Shown one piece after another: positions 1 to 7,477 of a stretch of DNA of 10,007 nt. The DNA is from Candidatus Iainarchaeum sp. Lineage in GTDB: Archaea > Iainarchaeota > Iainarchaeia > Iainarchaeales > JAXPJC01. Every line of letters begins with the position of its first letter. Positions within the stretch are counted from its first letter, which is position 1. Under the pieces are notes generated by a model. The model ran no database searches. It was given only the letters and a program-made list of their open reading frames with translations, and was not told the DNA's origin. The stretch spans positions 1-10,007 of the forward strand of contig JACPJC010000010.1 in assembly GCA_016187745.1 (NCBI GenBank), given 5' to 3'. Position numbers and translations under genes: made by a program.

Positions 1-773
1 GCCCTCTTGTGCTTCAGGTAGCGCTTCACTTCAGAAATCCAGTTCTTTGAAAGTATTATTATCCTGTCCTTCTTCCCCTTTCCCCCGCGCACTACCCCAA
101 TCCCCTCCCTTAATTCCAAATCATTGACCTTGATGTTTGTTGCCTCCGAAACCCTTGCGCCTGTTGAATAGATGAATTCAACAACAAGGCGGTTCCTTCC
201 GGCCTTTGTTGCCTTAATAAGCCCCTTTACCTCGTCCTTTGTAAGCACAACAGGAAGCTTCCTTGCCTTTTTGGGGATTTTTATCTCATCAACAATCTTC
301 ATGCGCAGGAACGTATGGAAAAAGAATTTAAGCGATGCCAGCGCAAGCGCAAGCGTCGCATTTGAAACAGCCCTTTTCTCCTTGAGCATTGCCATGTATG
401 AGACAAGGTCCTCGCGCGCAGCGAGCGGAGCGCGCTTTTTTATAAATCCCAAAAAATCAGAGACATAGCTAAGATACATTGTAAGAGTGCGCGAAGAATA
501 GCCGGAAATAAGAAGCTCCTGGCGGAATTTCTCAACAAGCGCGGAATTCTCGGAACTTAGCGGAGCGCGCTCCGCTGGTTTTTCCCTTCCTTTCTGCGGA
601 GCGCTTTCAGCGGGCTTTTCGTTTTTATTTTGCGGAGCAGCGTTTTCATCATTTCTTTCGCTGTTTTTTTGCTGAGCAGCAGCCCCCTGCTCCGCTGTTT
701 CCTGCGGAGCAGATTTTTTTTCATTTTCCTGCACTTCTGCATTATTTGAATTTGCGGTATAATCTTCAGGCAT
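1..773 (-). CDS. xerA: Tyrosine recombinase, XerA/XerC-D/IntI-like family; 3' end truncated by the window edge
   Basis: Manual translation from the ATG at 773-771 is open to the window edge (257 codons): MPEDYTANSNNAEVQENEKKSAPQ...LVEKFRQELLISGYSSRTLTMYLSYVSDFLGF...VSNATLALALASLKFFF...IPKKARKLPVVLTKDEVKGLI...RNRLVVEFIYSTGARVSEATNIKVNDLELREGIGVVRGGKGKKDRIIIL. It shows a SAM-like core-binding domain, patch I (LPVVLT), box I with the catalytic Arg (TGARVSE) and the patch II Lys (GKGKKDR). The HxxR and Tyr motifs lie outside the window, so the xerA symbol is tentative. Confidence 0.92.
   Translation of the reverse strand, partial: MPEDYTANSNNAEVQENEKKSAPQETAEQGAAAQQKNSERNDENAAPQNKNEKPAESAPQKGREKPAERAPLSSENSALVEKFRQELLISGYSSRTLTMYLSYVSDFLGFIKKRAPLAAREDLVSYMAMLKEKRAVSNATLALALASLKFFFHTFLRMKIVDEIKIPKKARKLPVVLTKDEVKGLIKATKAGRNRLVVEFIYSTGARVSEATNIKVNDLELREGIGVVRGGKGKKDRIIILSKNWISEVKRYLKHKR
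559..576. repeat. Perfect 18-bp palindrome AGCGGAGCGCGCTCCGCT inside the recombinase N-terminal extension
   Basis: The sequence equals its own reverse complement. It is built from two inverted GCGGAGC motifs. Confidence 0.9.
687..712. repeat. Inverted repeat CTGCTCCGC-N8-GCGGAGCAG (9-bp stem)
   Basis: 687-695 is the exact reverse complement of 704-712. Confidence 0.9.
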
Positions 774-825
774 GCTAATAATATGCGCGCAGCATTAATA
801 AGAATTTTGTTCAGATTATATCAGC
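774..825. promoter_or_regulatory. Compact divergent promoter region with a central AT-rich TATA-like element (ATTAATAA, 794-801)
   Basis: Only 52 bp separate the divergent ATGs. The AT box lies about 20-25 nt from each start. No Shine-Dalgarno sequence is visible, which fits leaderless archaeal transcripts. Confidence 0.55.
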
Positions 826-1572
826 ATGCCCGGAACAAAAAACAGGAATTCAGACTCTGAAACGGTTTTGCTTGCTAAGAACATTACAAAAACCTATGCT
901 ATGGGCAAGACTCAGGTGCATGCGCTCTGTGGAATTGATTTGGGCATAAGGAAGGGCGAGTATATTTCAATAATGGGACCCTCGGGAAGCGGAAAAACAA
1001 CCCTGCTTGATGTTATCAGCTGTTTGTTAAGGCCCAGCAGCGGGGAAGTTTACATAAAAGGCAAGCCGATAAGCAAAATGCCTGACAATGAGCTTGCGCA
1101 GATAAGGGGCAGAACAATAGGCTTTGTGTTCCAGACATTCAATTTAATCCCGAGGCTGAATGCGGTTGAGAATGTTTCACTGCCCCTCTGGTTCCAGGGA
1201 ATCCCAAAAGAAAAAAGGGAGGAAACAGCAAAAAGGCTTTTGGCGCAGGTGGGATTGGCTGAAAGAATGATGCACAGGCCGGATGAGCTTTCCGGGGGGC
1301 AGATGCAGAAGGTTGCAATTGCGCGCGCGCTTGCCGTAAATCCTGATGTTATTGTTGCAGATGAGCCCACAGGAAACCTTGATTCCGCTTCCGGGGAGAT
1401 TGTCCTGGGGATGATTGATGATTTGCATTACAATGAGAACAAGACAATAGTTATGGTAACGCATGAAAGGGATGTCGCGCAGAGGGCGGAGCGCATCCTG
1501 CACCTGAAAGACGGGGAGATTGCAAGGGATGAGAGAAACCACAAAAGGCTGGGGAAATACGCCAAGGGTTAA
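826..1572 (+). CDS. ABC transporter ATP-binding protein, MacB/LolD/FtsE (type VII) family
   Basis: Walker A GPSGSGKT, Q-loop IGFVFQTFNL, signature LSGGQMQKVAIARAL, Walker B/D-loop VIVADEPTGNLD, H-loop VTHE. Confidence 0.97.
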   Translation: MPGTKNRNSDSETVLLAKNITKTYAMGKTQVHALCGIDLGIRKGEYISIMGPSGSGKTTLLDVISCLLRPSSGEVYIKGKPISKMPDNELAQIRGRTIGFVFQTFNLIPRLNAVENVSLPLWFQGIPKEKREETAKRLLAQVGLAERMMHRPDELSGGQMQKVAIARALAVNPDVIVADEPTGNLDSASGEIVLGMIDDLHYNENKTIVMVTHERDVAQRAERILHLKDGEIARDERNHKRLGKYAKG

Positions 1573-1618
1573 TAAGATATATCAACAAAATAATAACAAA
1601 GGAGGGGCTGGGAAAAAC

Positions 1619-2836
1619 ATGCACAAAAACGCTTTTATATTTGCGGCAATTTTCACATTTTTATTCATGCAAACCGCTTTTGCGGGGCAGCTCCTGATAG
1701 GCTCTGTAAATTATAATCCAATTCCCGCGCAGGCAGGGGAAAACCTCTTTTTCTGGGCAAGGGTAGACAACAATGTGAATGCGGGCGCAAAGGGCGCAGC
1801 CCTTAAAATCGCGCTCTCCTATCCGCTCTCGCTTGAGCCCGGCAAAAGTGACATTGTTGCTCTGGGGGATTTGGGCGCATGGCAGAGCGCAGCAGTTACA
1901 TTCAACCTAAGGGTCGCGCCGGAAGCGCTTGACGGGAACTATGATGTTGTTCTGAGCACAAGCGAAAGCGCAGGCGCAGGATTCTCAAAAACAGCAAGCG
2001 TAAAGGTTCTGCGCAGAACCCCAAAAATAGAGCTTATTGAGTCAACGCTCAGCAGGGCCGAGCCCGGGCAGGAAATTGTGACATACCTCATATTGAAAAA
2101 CATAGGCTTTGGAACCGCGCAGAACATCATTGTTAAGATAGAGGAAGACAGGACAGTAACAACAACAGGGGTTGTTGTTGAGCGCAAGGTAAAGCCTGTA
2201 GGGAGCGCAACACTGTATGTGAAGGGGCTTTTGCCCGGGGAAACTGCATCCGTCCCCCTTACGCTCGGGATTGATGCAGATGCTGCAATCCAGACCTATA
2301 TGGTTCCGCTTAAAATATATTACACTGACTCAACAGGGAAGGACGTGAATTTTACCTCTGCAAGCATAGGCCTTACTGTCATAGGCGCGCCAAGGCTTGA
2401 TGCGGTTGCAGGCCCTTTGGAACCGGCGGCATATCCCGGGGGGGAAAGCGAAATTTCAATTGACCTGTTCAATACCGGAGTCGGAAGCGCAAGGTTTGTC
2501 GTTGCCGAATTGAAGGCAGAATTTGCGGAAATCGGAAGCAGCAAGGTGTTCATAGGGACGCTTGATGCGGACGGCTTTGATTCCTTCAAAACAAAGATGC
2601 GCATTGCGGGCAATGCTGTTCCGGGAATGCAGCCAATTACTTTGAAGCTTACCTATGTGGATGAGTCAAATGAAACAAAGACCGAGGAAAAAACACTCAA
2701 TGCGCGCGTTTATTCCCTGCAGGAAGCGCAGGCCCTTTCAGGGGGGCAGCCCTCAATATGGTTCTATGTGGCGCTGCTGCTTGCGCTTTTTATTGCCGGC
2801 AAATTCGCTTACAGAAAATTTTTAAAAAAGAAATGA
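1619..2836 (+). CDS. Secreted, C-terminally membrane-anchored COG1361 S-layer-domain (CARDB/Ig-like repeat) protein
   Basis: The ATG at 1619 is preceded by GGAGGGG (1601-1607). Signal peptide MHKNAFIFAAIFTFLFMQTAFA. Three Ig-like units with PGxE...LxNxGxGxAx.V patterns (NIGFGTAQNI, NTGVGSARFV). C-terminal TM helix IWFYVALLLALFIAG followed by a basic tail. This gene context is typical of archaeal MacB-type operons. Confidence 0.85.
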   Translation: MHKNAFIFAAIFTFLFMQTAFAGQLLIGSVNYNPIPAQAGENLFFWARVDNNVNAGAKGAALKIALSYPLSLEPGKSDIVALGDLGAWQSAAVTFNLRVAPEALDGNYDVVLSTSESAGAGFSKTASVKVLRRTPKIELIESTLSRAEPGQEIVTYLILKNIGFGTAQNIIVKIEEDRTVTTTGVVVERKVKPVGSATLYVKGLLPGETASVPLTLGIDADAAIQTYMVPLKIYYTDSTGKDVNFTSASIGLTVIGAPRLDAVAGPLEPAAYPGGESEISIDLFNTGVGSARFVVAELKAEFAEIGSSKVFIGTLDADGFDSFKTKMRIAGNAVPGMQPITLKLTYVDESNETKTEEKTLNARVYSLQEAQALSGGQPSIWFYVALLLALFIAGKFAYRKFLKKK

Positions 2837-2848
2837 GTGGGCAGCCAA

Positions 2849-4048
2849 ATGCTTTCTGCTGAACTATTCCCTGTTGCCTTTAAAAATCTCGCGCACCAAA
2901 GGCTCAGGAGCTATCTCACCCTTCTTGGAATCATTATAGGGATTGCTACAATTGTTGCGCTTATTTCTGTGGGAACGGGGCTGCAAAGCGCTGTTGAGCA
3001 GCAATTCACGAAAATGGGGCTTAATACTCTTTTTGTTGAGCCGGGCTCGGGGGATTTCCTCACAACAGCAATTGCGCGCACGATAAAGGAATCAGACATA
3101 AGCGCAATAGAATCAATTCCCGGAGTGACTGATGTAGTTCCATTTTATGAGGCAAGCGCGGAGATTGTGCACAAGGAAAAAAGCATAGGCGCGCTTGTTA
3201 TGGGCTATGACCCTAAGGATTCAGGATTTTTGAAGGACTCTGGCTTGCTTAATATTGAGGAAGGAAGGGAGATTTCAGGCAATGACACATATGCGCTTGT
3301 AATTGGAAAGCAGTTTGCAGAGAACGCATTTGATGAGCCTTTGCGCCTGAAGGAGCAGGTTGAAATAAAGGGGAAAAAATTCAGGATTGTGGGGATAATG
3401 GATGAAACAGGCATGAGCCTTGCGGGCATAAGCGTTGGAAACATGGCATTTGTGCACAAGAATATTGTGAAGGAATTCCTCGGGGAAAAGGAGCCTGTTG
3501 AGCTTGCGGTAAAAACAACCGGCAGGGAAGCTGTTGCAGATGTAACGGAAGCCATAAAGGCAAAGCTCAGGAAAAGGCACAATGAGGAGGATTTCAGCAT
3601 AATGTCCGTTGAGCAGATGCTCAGCGGCGCAAACATAATAATTGGAATAATACAGCTTGTATTGATAGGGCTTGCGGCAATCTCCCTTTTAGTTGGGGGC
3701 ATAGGGATAATGAACACGATGCTCATGGCAGTAATTGAAAGGACAAGGGAAATAGGGGTCATGAAGGCAACAGGCGCAACGAATTCACAGGTGCTTTCGC
3801 TCTTTGTTGCGGAAGCCGGGCTGATAGGGCTGATAGGGGGCGCAATAGGAATCGCGCTCGGCGCAATGCTTTCCCTGCTGATTTCCTTTGCTGCCGGCAT
3901 TGCGGGCCTTTCATTGCAGCCTGAAATTTCACTGGGGCTGGTTTTGGGGGCTGCGGCATTTTCAATGGCTGTTGGGATTTTATCGGGGGCCTATCCTGCC
4001 GCAAAGGCCGCATCTCTGGACCCTGTGGAAGCGCTGAGGTACGAGTGA
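2849..4048 (+). CDS. ABC transporter permease, MacB/FtsX family (paralog 1)
   Basis: RLRSYLTLLGIIIGIATIVALIS (TM1), a large extracellular domain, ISLLVGGIGIMNTMLMAVIERTREIGVMKATGA, and C-terminal YPAAKAASLDPVEALRYE. The start is either ATG 2849 or GTG 2837. Confidence 0.96.
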   Translation: MLSAELFPVAFKNLAHQRLRSYLTLLGIIIGIATIVALISVGTGLQSAVEQQFTKMGLNTLFVEPGSGDFLTTAIARTIKESDISAIESIPGVTDVVPFYEASAEIVHKEKSIGALVMGYDPKDSGFLKDSGLLNIEEGREISGNDTYALVIGKQFAENAFDEPLRLKEQVEIKGKKFRIVGIMDETGMSLAGISVGNMAFVHKNIVKEFLGEKEPVELAVKTTGREAVADVTEAIKAKLRKRHNEEDFSIMSVEQMLSGANIIIGIIQLVLIGLAAISLLVGGIGIMNTMLMAVIERTREIGVMKATGATNSQVLSLFVAEAGLIGLIGGAIGIALGAMLSLLISFAAGIAGLSLQPEISLGLVLGAAAFSMAVGILSGAYPAAKAASLDPVEALRYE

Positions 4049-4049
4049 A

Positions 4050-5249
4050 ATGAAAATGAACATTGAATTAGTGAGGATTGCGCTCGGAAACCTCATGCAT
4101 GAAAGGATAAGGAGCTATCTTACCCTTCTTGGAATCATTATAGGGATTGCGGCAATAGTTGCGCTGATGTCCGTTGCCGAGGGCATGAACATTGCAATCA
4201 GCGCGCAGTTTGAGAAAATGGGCGCAGACACGCTAATTGTGCATCCAGGAAGTTCATTCATACAGAGCACATTTGCAAAACTGCAGAAAGGGGATGCGGA
4301 TAAAATTGCCTCAATTAAAGGCGTTGAATCAGCCACTCCCATATACATGAAAGTTGCTTCAGTTTCCTACAGGAATGAAATGAAAAGCGCGGCAGTAATA
4401 GGGATAAGGCCGGACAGCCAGGAGAATTTAGGTGCGGTTGGAATGCTTGAATTGCAATCCGGCAGAAGGCTTGAGAATGCAGACACTTACGGCCTGCTTG
4501 CCGGGAACAAATTCGCCGGGAAGGCATATGGGAATGAGCTTGGCGTAAAAAGCAGGCTCATCATAAATGGCAAAAGCTTCAGGATTGCCGGGATAACAAG
4601 GCCTGCGGGACAGTCCCTGGGCGCGTTCTTTGACAATGCAATCATAATGAATGAAAAAACGCTGAAGGCAGTCATTGATGAGAATGCCACTCCCTTCAGG
4701 ATTGCAGTGAAGGCAACAAGCAGCGCTGAGGTTGAACCCCTGAAGGAAAGAATAAAAAGCGCGCTCAAAAAGGCGCACAACAACGAGGAGGACTTCCAGG
4801 TTATAAATGCGGGCCAGATACTTGAGGGCGCGACAAGCGTCCTGCTTCTTATTGAAATTGTCCTTGTGGGAATCGCTGCAATTTCCCTTCTTGTGGGGGG
4901 AATTGGAATAATGAACACAATGCTGATGGCAGTAATTGAGCGCACGCGCGAAATAGGCATAATGAAAGCGGTTGGGGCGACAAATGCGCAGGTGCTTTCT
5001 TTGTTCCTTGTTGAATCAGGGCTGATTGGACTGATTGGCGGAATAATAGGAATTGCGCTCGGGCTGGGAATTGCATTTGCAATTTCCATTGTTGCGAATT
5101 CAGCAGGGTTTGGGCTGCCTGCAGTTGCAAGCCCCTTGCTCATTGCAGGCGCAATGCTGTTTGCGCTTCTAGTAGGGATAATTTCTGGGGTAATTCCCGC
5201 AAGAAGGGCGGCGCTACTTGATCCTGTTGATGCGCTCAGGCAGCACTAA
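4050..5249 (+). CDS. ABC transporter permease, MacB/FtsX family (paralog 2)
   Basis: Same motifs as paralog 1 (RSYLTLLGIIIGIAA; GGIGIMNTMLMAVIERTREIGIMKAVGA; PARRAALLDPVDALR). It starts 1 nt after the paralog 1 stop, with GAGGT at 4036-4040. An alternative ATG lies at 4056. Confidence 0.96.
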   Translation: MKMNIELVRIALGNLMHERIRSYLTLLGIIIGIAAIVALMSVAEGMNIAISAQFEKMGADTLIVHPGSSFIQSTFAKLQKGDADKIASIKGVESATPIYMKVASVSYRNEMKSAAVIGIRPDSQENLGAVGMLELQSGRRLENADTYGLLAGNKFAGKAYGNELGVKSRLIINGKSFRIAGITRPAGQSLGAFFDNAIIMNEKTLKAVIDENATPFRIAVKATSSAEVEPLKERIKSALKKAHNNEEDFQVINAGQILEGATSVLLLIEIVLVGIAAISLLVGGIGIMNTMLMAVIERTREIGIMKAVGATNAQVLSLFLVESGLIGLIGGIIGIALGLGIAFAISIVANSAGFGLPAVASPLLIAGAMLFALLVGIISGVIPARRAALLDPVDALRQH

Positions 5250-5301
5250 AGAACCTTGATGCTGAATATTAAACGCCTTGACATTATGCCAAGGTTCTTT
5301 A
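5247..5301. repeat. Long imperfect palindrome filling the gap between convergent genes; possible bidirectional terminator
   Basis: Perfect 12-bp arms TAAAGAACCTTG (5247-5258) and CAAGGTTCTTTA (5290-5301), with further partial inner pairing (AATATTAA with TTGACATT). Confidence 0.8.
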
Positions 5302-6183
5302 CTAAACAGCCCTTCTTGGAATAAGTGCTTTAAAAAACTCCCTTCTGCTTAATTTTTCTTTCTCAATATGCTTTTGCCTTTTCAGCAGCTTTAGTGTTTC
5401 AGGAAATTTCTCAACTCTTTTGATTTTTCCTTCTCTATCTAAATGAATCCTGAATGAGGCGGGATAATCACCCTGCAAATATTTAGCAAGGTCTGTCTCC
5501 TTAAGAAACCTTTGCCTTTTCTCAGGGTGCAAAAGGAAATCCTTCACACCGTAATGCGCAGAGCCCCAAGCCATTGCAATTACCGGCTTTCTTCCAAGCT
5601 GCTTCCAAAGCAGCGGAGCAAGGAAAGACTCGCATTTTTCTGCGGCAAGCGCATTTCTGACTTGTATAATGCCCCTGCCAGATTCAATTTCCCTGATTTT
5701 TGAGGATGCGCCCCAAATTGCATTGTGCCTTATTTTTTCTTCACTCAGCTTAAACGGCAGCTCAGTGAGCCTTATAAGCAAAGGGCTTAGCAGGCCGACG
5801 CTTATTCCGGCCTTTAGAAAATCCCGCCTGCTGACTTTGCCTTTTTTGATTGAGCTGAAGGCGGTCAGTGCAACCCCTAAAGAGCCAAGCGCAATGGACC
5901 CCTCTTCAAAACGCTCAATTCTATTAGCCCTCTTTTCAGAGGCAGGGCTTAATGCCGCATCAACAACCCAGATTGGCTTGGACTGGCCCATGGCTTGTGC
6001 AACAAGGCGCTTATATTGAGCCTCTTCGCGCAGATTTACATTACCTGGCGTTTCCTTATTCTCAGAAATGTCTTCCAACACAAGAGCATCAAACTTTGTT
6101 GGGGACTGCTCCAGGGTCTTCCAGTGGTGTGAAAACAGCAAAATATATTTTGCATTCGGCGTTTCAACAGCAGTCCAGGCCAT
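5302..6183 (-). CDS. Hypothetical membrane-associated protein with TraB/Tiki/ChaN/EreA-like motif order and two twin-arginine-like motifs
   Basis: A 293-aa ORF with an AT-rich box about 23-30 nt upstream. Motifs: YILLFSHH, DALVLE, KPIWVVD, VRNALAAEK, AMAWGSAHYGVKDFL. Two central hydrophobic segments. SRRDFLK at residue 118 and SRREFFK at residue 279. The CDS is well supported; the family assignment is inference. Confidence 0.75.
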   Translation of the reverse strand: MAWTAVETPNAKYILLFSHHWKTLEQSPTKFDALVLEDISENKETPGNVNLREEAQYKRLVAQAMGQSKPIWVVDAALSPASEKRANRIERFEEGSIALGSLGVALTAFSSIKKGKVSRRDFLKAGISVGLLSPLLIRLTELPFKLSEEKIRHNAIWGASSKIREIESGRGIIQVRNALAAEKCESFLAPLLWKQLGRKPVIAMAWGSAHYGVKDFLLHPEKRQRFLKETDLAKYLQGDYPASFRIHLDREGKIKRVEKFPETLKLLKRQKHIEKEKLSRREFFKALIPRRAV

Positions 6184-6232
6184 AAGTAAATTAAGTGCGC
6201 AACAATATATTAACTATTTGCTACATAACAAC

Positions 6233-6277
6233 AGCGGAGCAGGCAGGCGCGCATTCCCAAAAATTCCCTGCTCCGCT
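6233..6277. repeat. Intergenic inverted repeat AGCGGAGCAGG-N23-CCTGCTCCGCT between divergent promoters
   Basis: 6233-6243 is the exact reverse complement of 6267-6277. Confidence 0.9.
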
Positions 6278-6293
6278 ATTTAAATCTTTTTCT
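6275..6293 (+). repeat. 19-bp direct repeat, copy 1 (GCTATTTAAATCTTTTTCT), containing a TATA-like box
   Basis: Identical to 8172-8190. It begins 34 nt upstream of the ATG at 6309. Confidence 0.92.
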
Positions 6294-6308
6294 ATCAAAA
6301 ATCTACTA

Positions 6309-7391
6309 ATGATTGAAAAAAATTTGGAATACAAACCACCCTTTGGTGATGTACTGATAGCAGTTATTTCCTATCTTTCTTTAGGGGTATTGTTCGCATA
6401 TATAACTCTCTTTCCGACAGCATTTGGCAATTTCCTTTTTTTAAATGGGGTTCCCATAATGGCTACTGAACTTATAACAATGGCATCATTTGCATTTATT
6501 TTTCAATTCTTTTTTGGGCAAGGACCCTCAAAAGTTAGAACATTGGAAAGTGTCGCTGCTTTTTTAGGGTTTTCCATTGTAGTTGGCTTGCTTGCCGTTG
6601 CGCTAAATAATTTCTTACTTTTAGTATATTTCTTGTTTTTCTCTGCGCTAAAGATGCACGCTTATATTAGTGCAGCAGCAAAGGGGGCCACAGAGCTATT
6701 TTCTACAAGCACAAAGTTTGTAGTAGGTCCCCTAATTCAATTCATATCTTTTGTTTTTGCGTTGGTAATTGCAGCATTTTTCCAAATATTATATATGTTC
6801 CTGTATCTTTTATTGACAACAATTGGTTTTCTTCAGCAAGCATCTTCGTTGGAAGGAATTGCCAATTTCTTTGGAAGCATTTCATGGGGCGATTTAGCTG
6901 TTGCTGCAGGCGGTCAAATACACGAAACGCAGGCATTGTTGATAATTTATAGTAATATTCCTTATGCGCCAAGAATTGTTGCCGCTGTTCTTGCAGTATA
7001 CTTCTTTATTGCAGCTTTAACTTGGGCGTGGCCGTATATCCGCAAGACCGGAGAAAAAGACTTTAGGGCAAACGTGAGCAAACTGGAAGCCGAGCGCCCT
7101 GAGGAACTAAAAATAATAAGGGAAAAATTTAAAGCCAAAGCGCAAAGATATGAGAACCAACAATATATGCTATTTGAATCTGCAGCCCCTGAGGAATTTG
7201 GGAGATTCCTAAGATGCAAAAATCAAGGAGAAAAGGTAAGACTATTAGGTTCATTGATGAATCAAATAAAGGCAAAAAACCCGAAAGGGTATGAGGCATC
7301 TCTACAAATGTTAAAAGATCTTGGAAATGAATTTGAAAGGGAACTAAATACTTTAGCAAAAAACACAAAACAAAAACATAGCAACACTTAA
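6309..7391 (+). CDS. Hypothetical polytopic membrane protein (about 6-7 TM segments) with a charged, helical C-terminal soluble domain
   Basis: The ATG at 6309 is in frame with the 6195 ORF and lies downstream of the TATA-like box. 360 aa, with a hydrophobic N-terminal two-thirds and a K/E/Q-rich final ~115 aa. No family recognised. Confidence 0.8.
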   Translation: MIEKNLEYKPPFGDVLIAVISYLSLGVLFAYITLFPTAFGNFLFLNGVPIMATELITMASFAFIFQFFFGQGPSKVRTLESVAAFLGFSIVVGLLAVALNNFLLLVYFLFFSALKMHAYISAAAKGATELFSTSTKFVVGPLIQFISFVFALVIAAFFQILYMFLYLLLTTIGFLQQASSLEGIANFFGSISWGDLAVAAGGQIHETQALLIIYSNIPYAPRIVAAVLAVYFFIAALTWAWPYIRKTGEKDFRANVSKLEAERPEELKIIREKFKAKAQRYENQQYMLFESAAPEEFGRFLRCKNQGEKVRLLGSLMNQIKAKNPKGYEASLQMLKDLGNEFERELNTLAKNTKQKHSNT

Positions 7392-7444
7392 GGCATTACA
7401 TAACCCAAATCTTTTACCTCTTTTATCAATAAAACAAGAGCAAC

Positions 7445-7454
7445 TATTATAAAT
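7445..7454 (+). promoter_or_regulatory. TATA-like box TATTATAAAT for the LRR gene
   Basis: It matches the archaeal TTATAAA box and ends 23 nt before the ATG at 7478. Confidence 0.55.
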
Positions 7455-7477
7455 AAGAAAGTTTAATTGTATGTTTA

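Noticed and set aside
172-742. ORF-track ORFs 172..468(+) and 557..742(-)
   Set aside because: They are antisense and alternate-frame shadows of the recombinase CDS (773 to the left edge), which has clear family motifs.
1520-1618. Upstream start at 1520 for the S-layer-domain gene
   Set aside because: It overlaps the ATPase and buries the signal peptide. The ATG at 1619 has a Shine-Dalgarno-like GGAGGGG.
1050-5143. Many minus-strand ORFs across the ABC operon (for example 3205..3900 and 4487..5143)
   Set aside because: They are antisense shadows of well-supported genes with no recognisable motifs. Their mutual similarity only mirrors the permease paralogy.
5267-5294. Possible dif site (TTATGCCAAGG resembles a XerD arm)
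   Set aside because: There is no matching inverted ATAA-ending left arm across a 6-bp spacer.
5248-5300. Hairpin as a canonical integron attC site, making the window an archaeal integron
   Set aside because: AAC/GTT are present but the flanks do not fit RYYYAAC/GTTRRRY. It is short and single, lies between convergent genes, and no array follows the recombinase. The IntI-specific region is outside the window.
5512-6283. Plus-strand short ORFs over the 5302..6183 gene
   Set aside because: They are antisense shadows with no motifs.
6195-6308. GTG start at 6195 extending the membrane protein
   Set aside because: It runs through the divergent promoter, hairpin and TATA-like box. The ATG at 6309 fits the promoter spacing seen at 8205.
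7418-7440. Small imperfect palindrome CTCTTTTATCAATAAAACAAGAG upstream of the LRR gene TATA box
   Set aside because: It is short and AT-rich within an AT-rich region, so chance is likely. An operator or terminator role cannot be supported.
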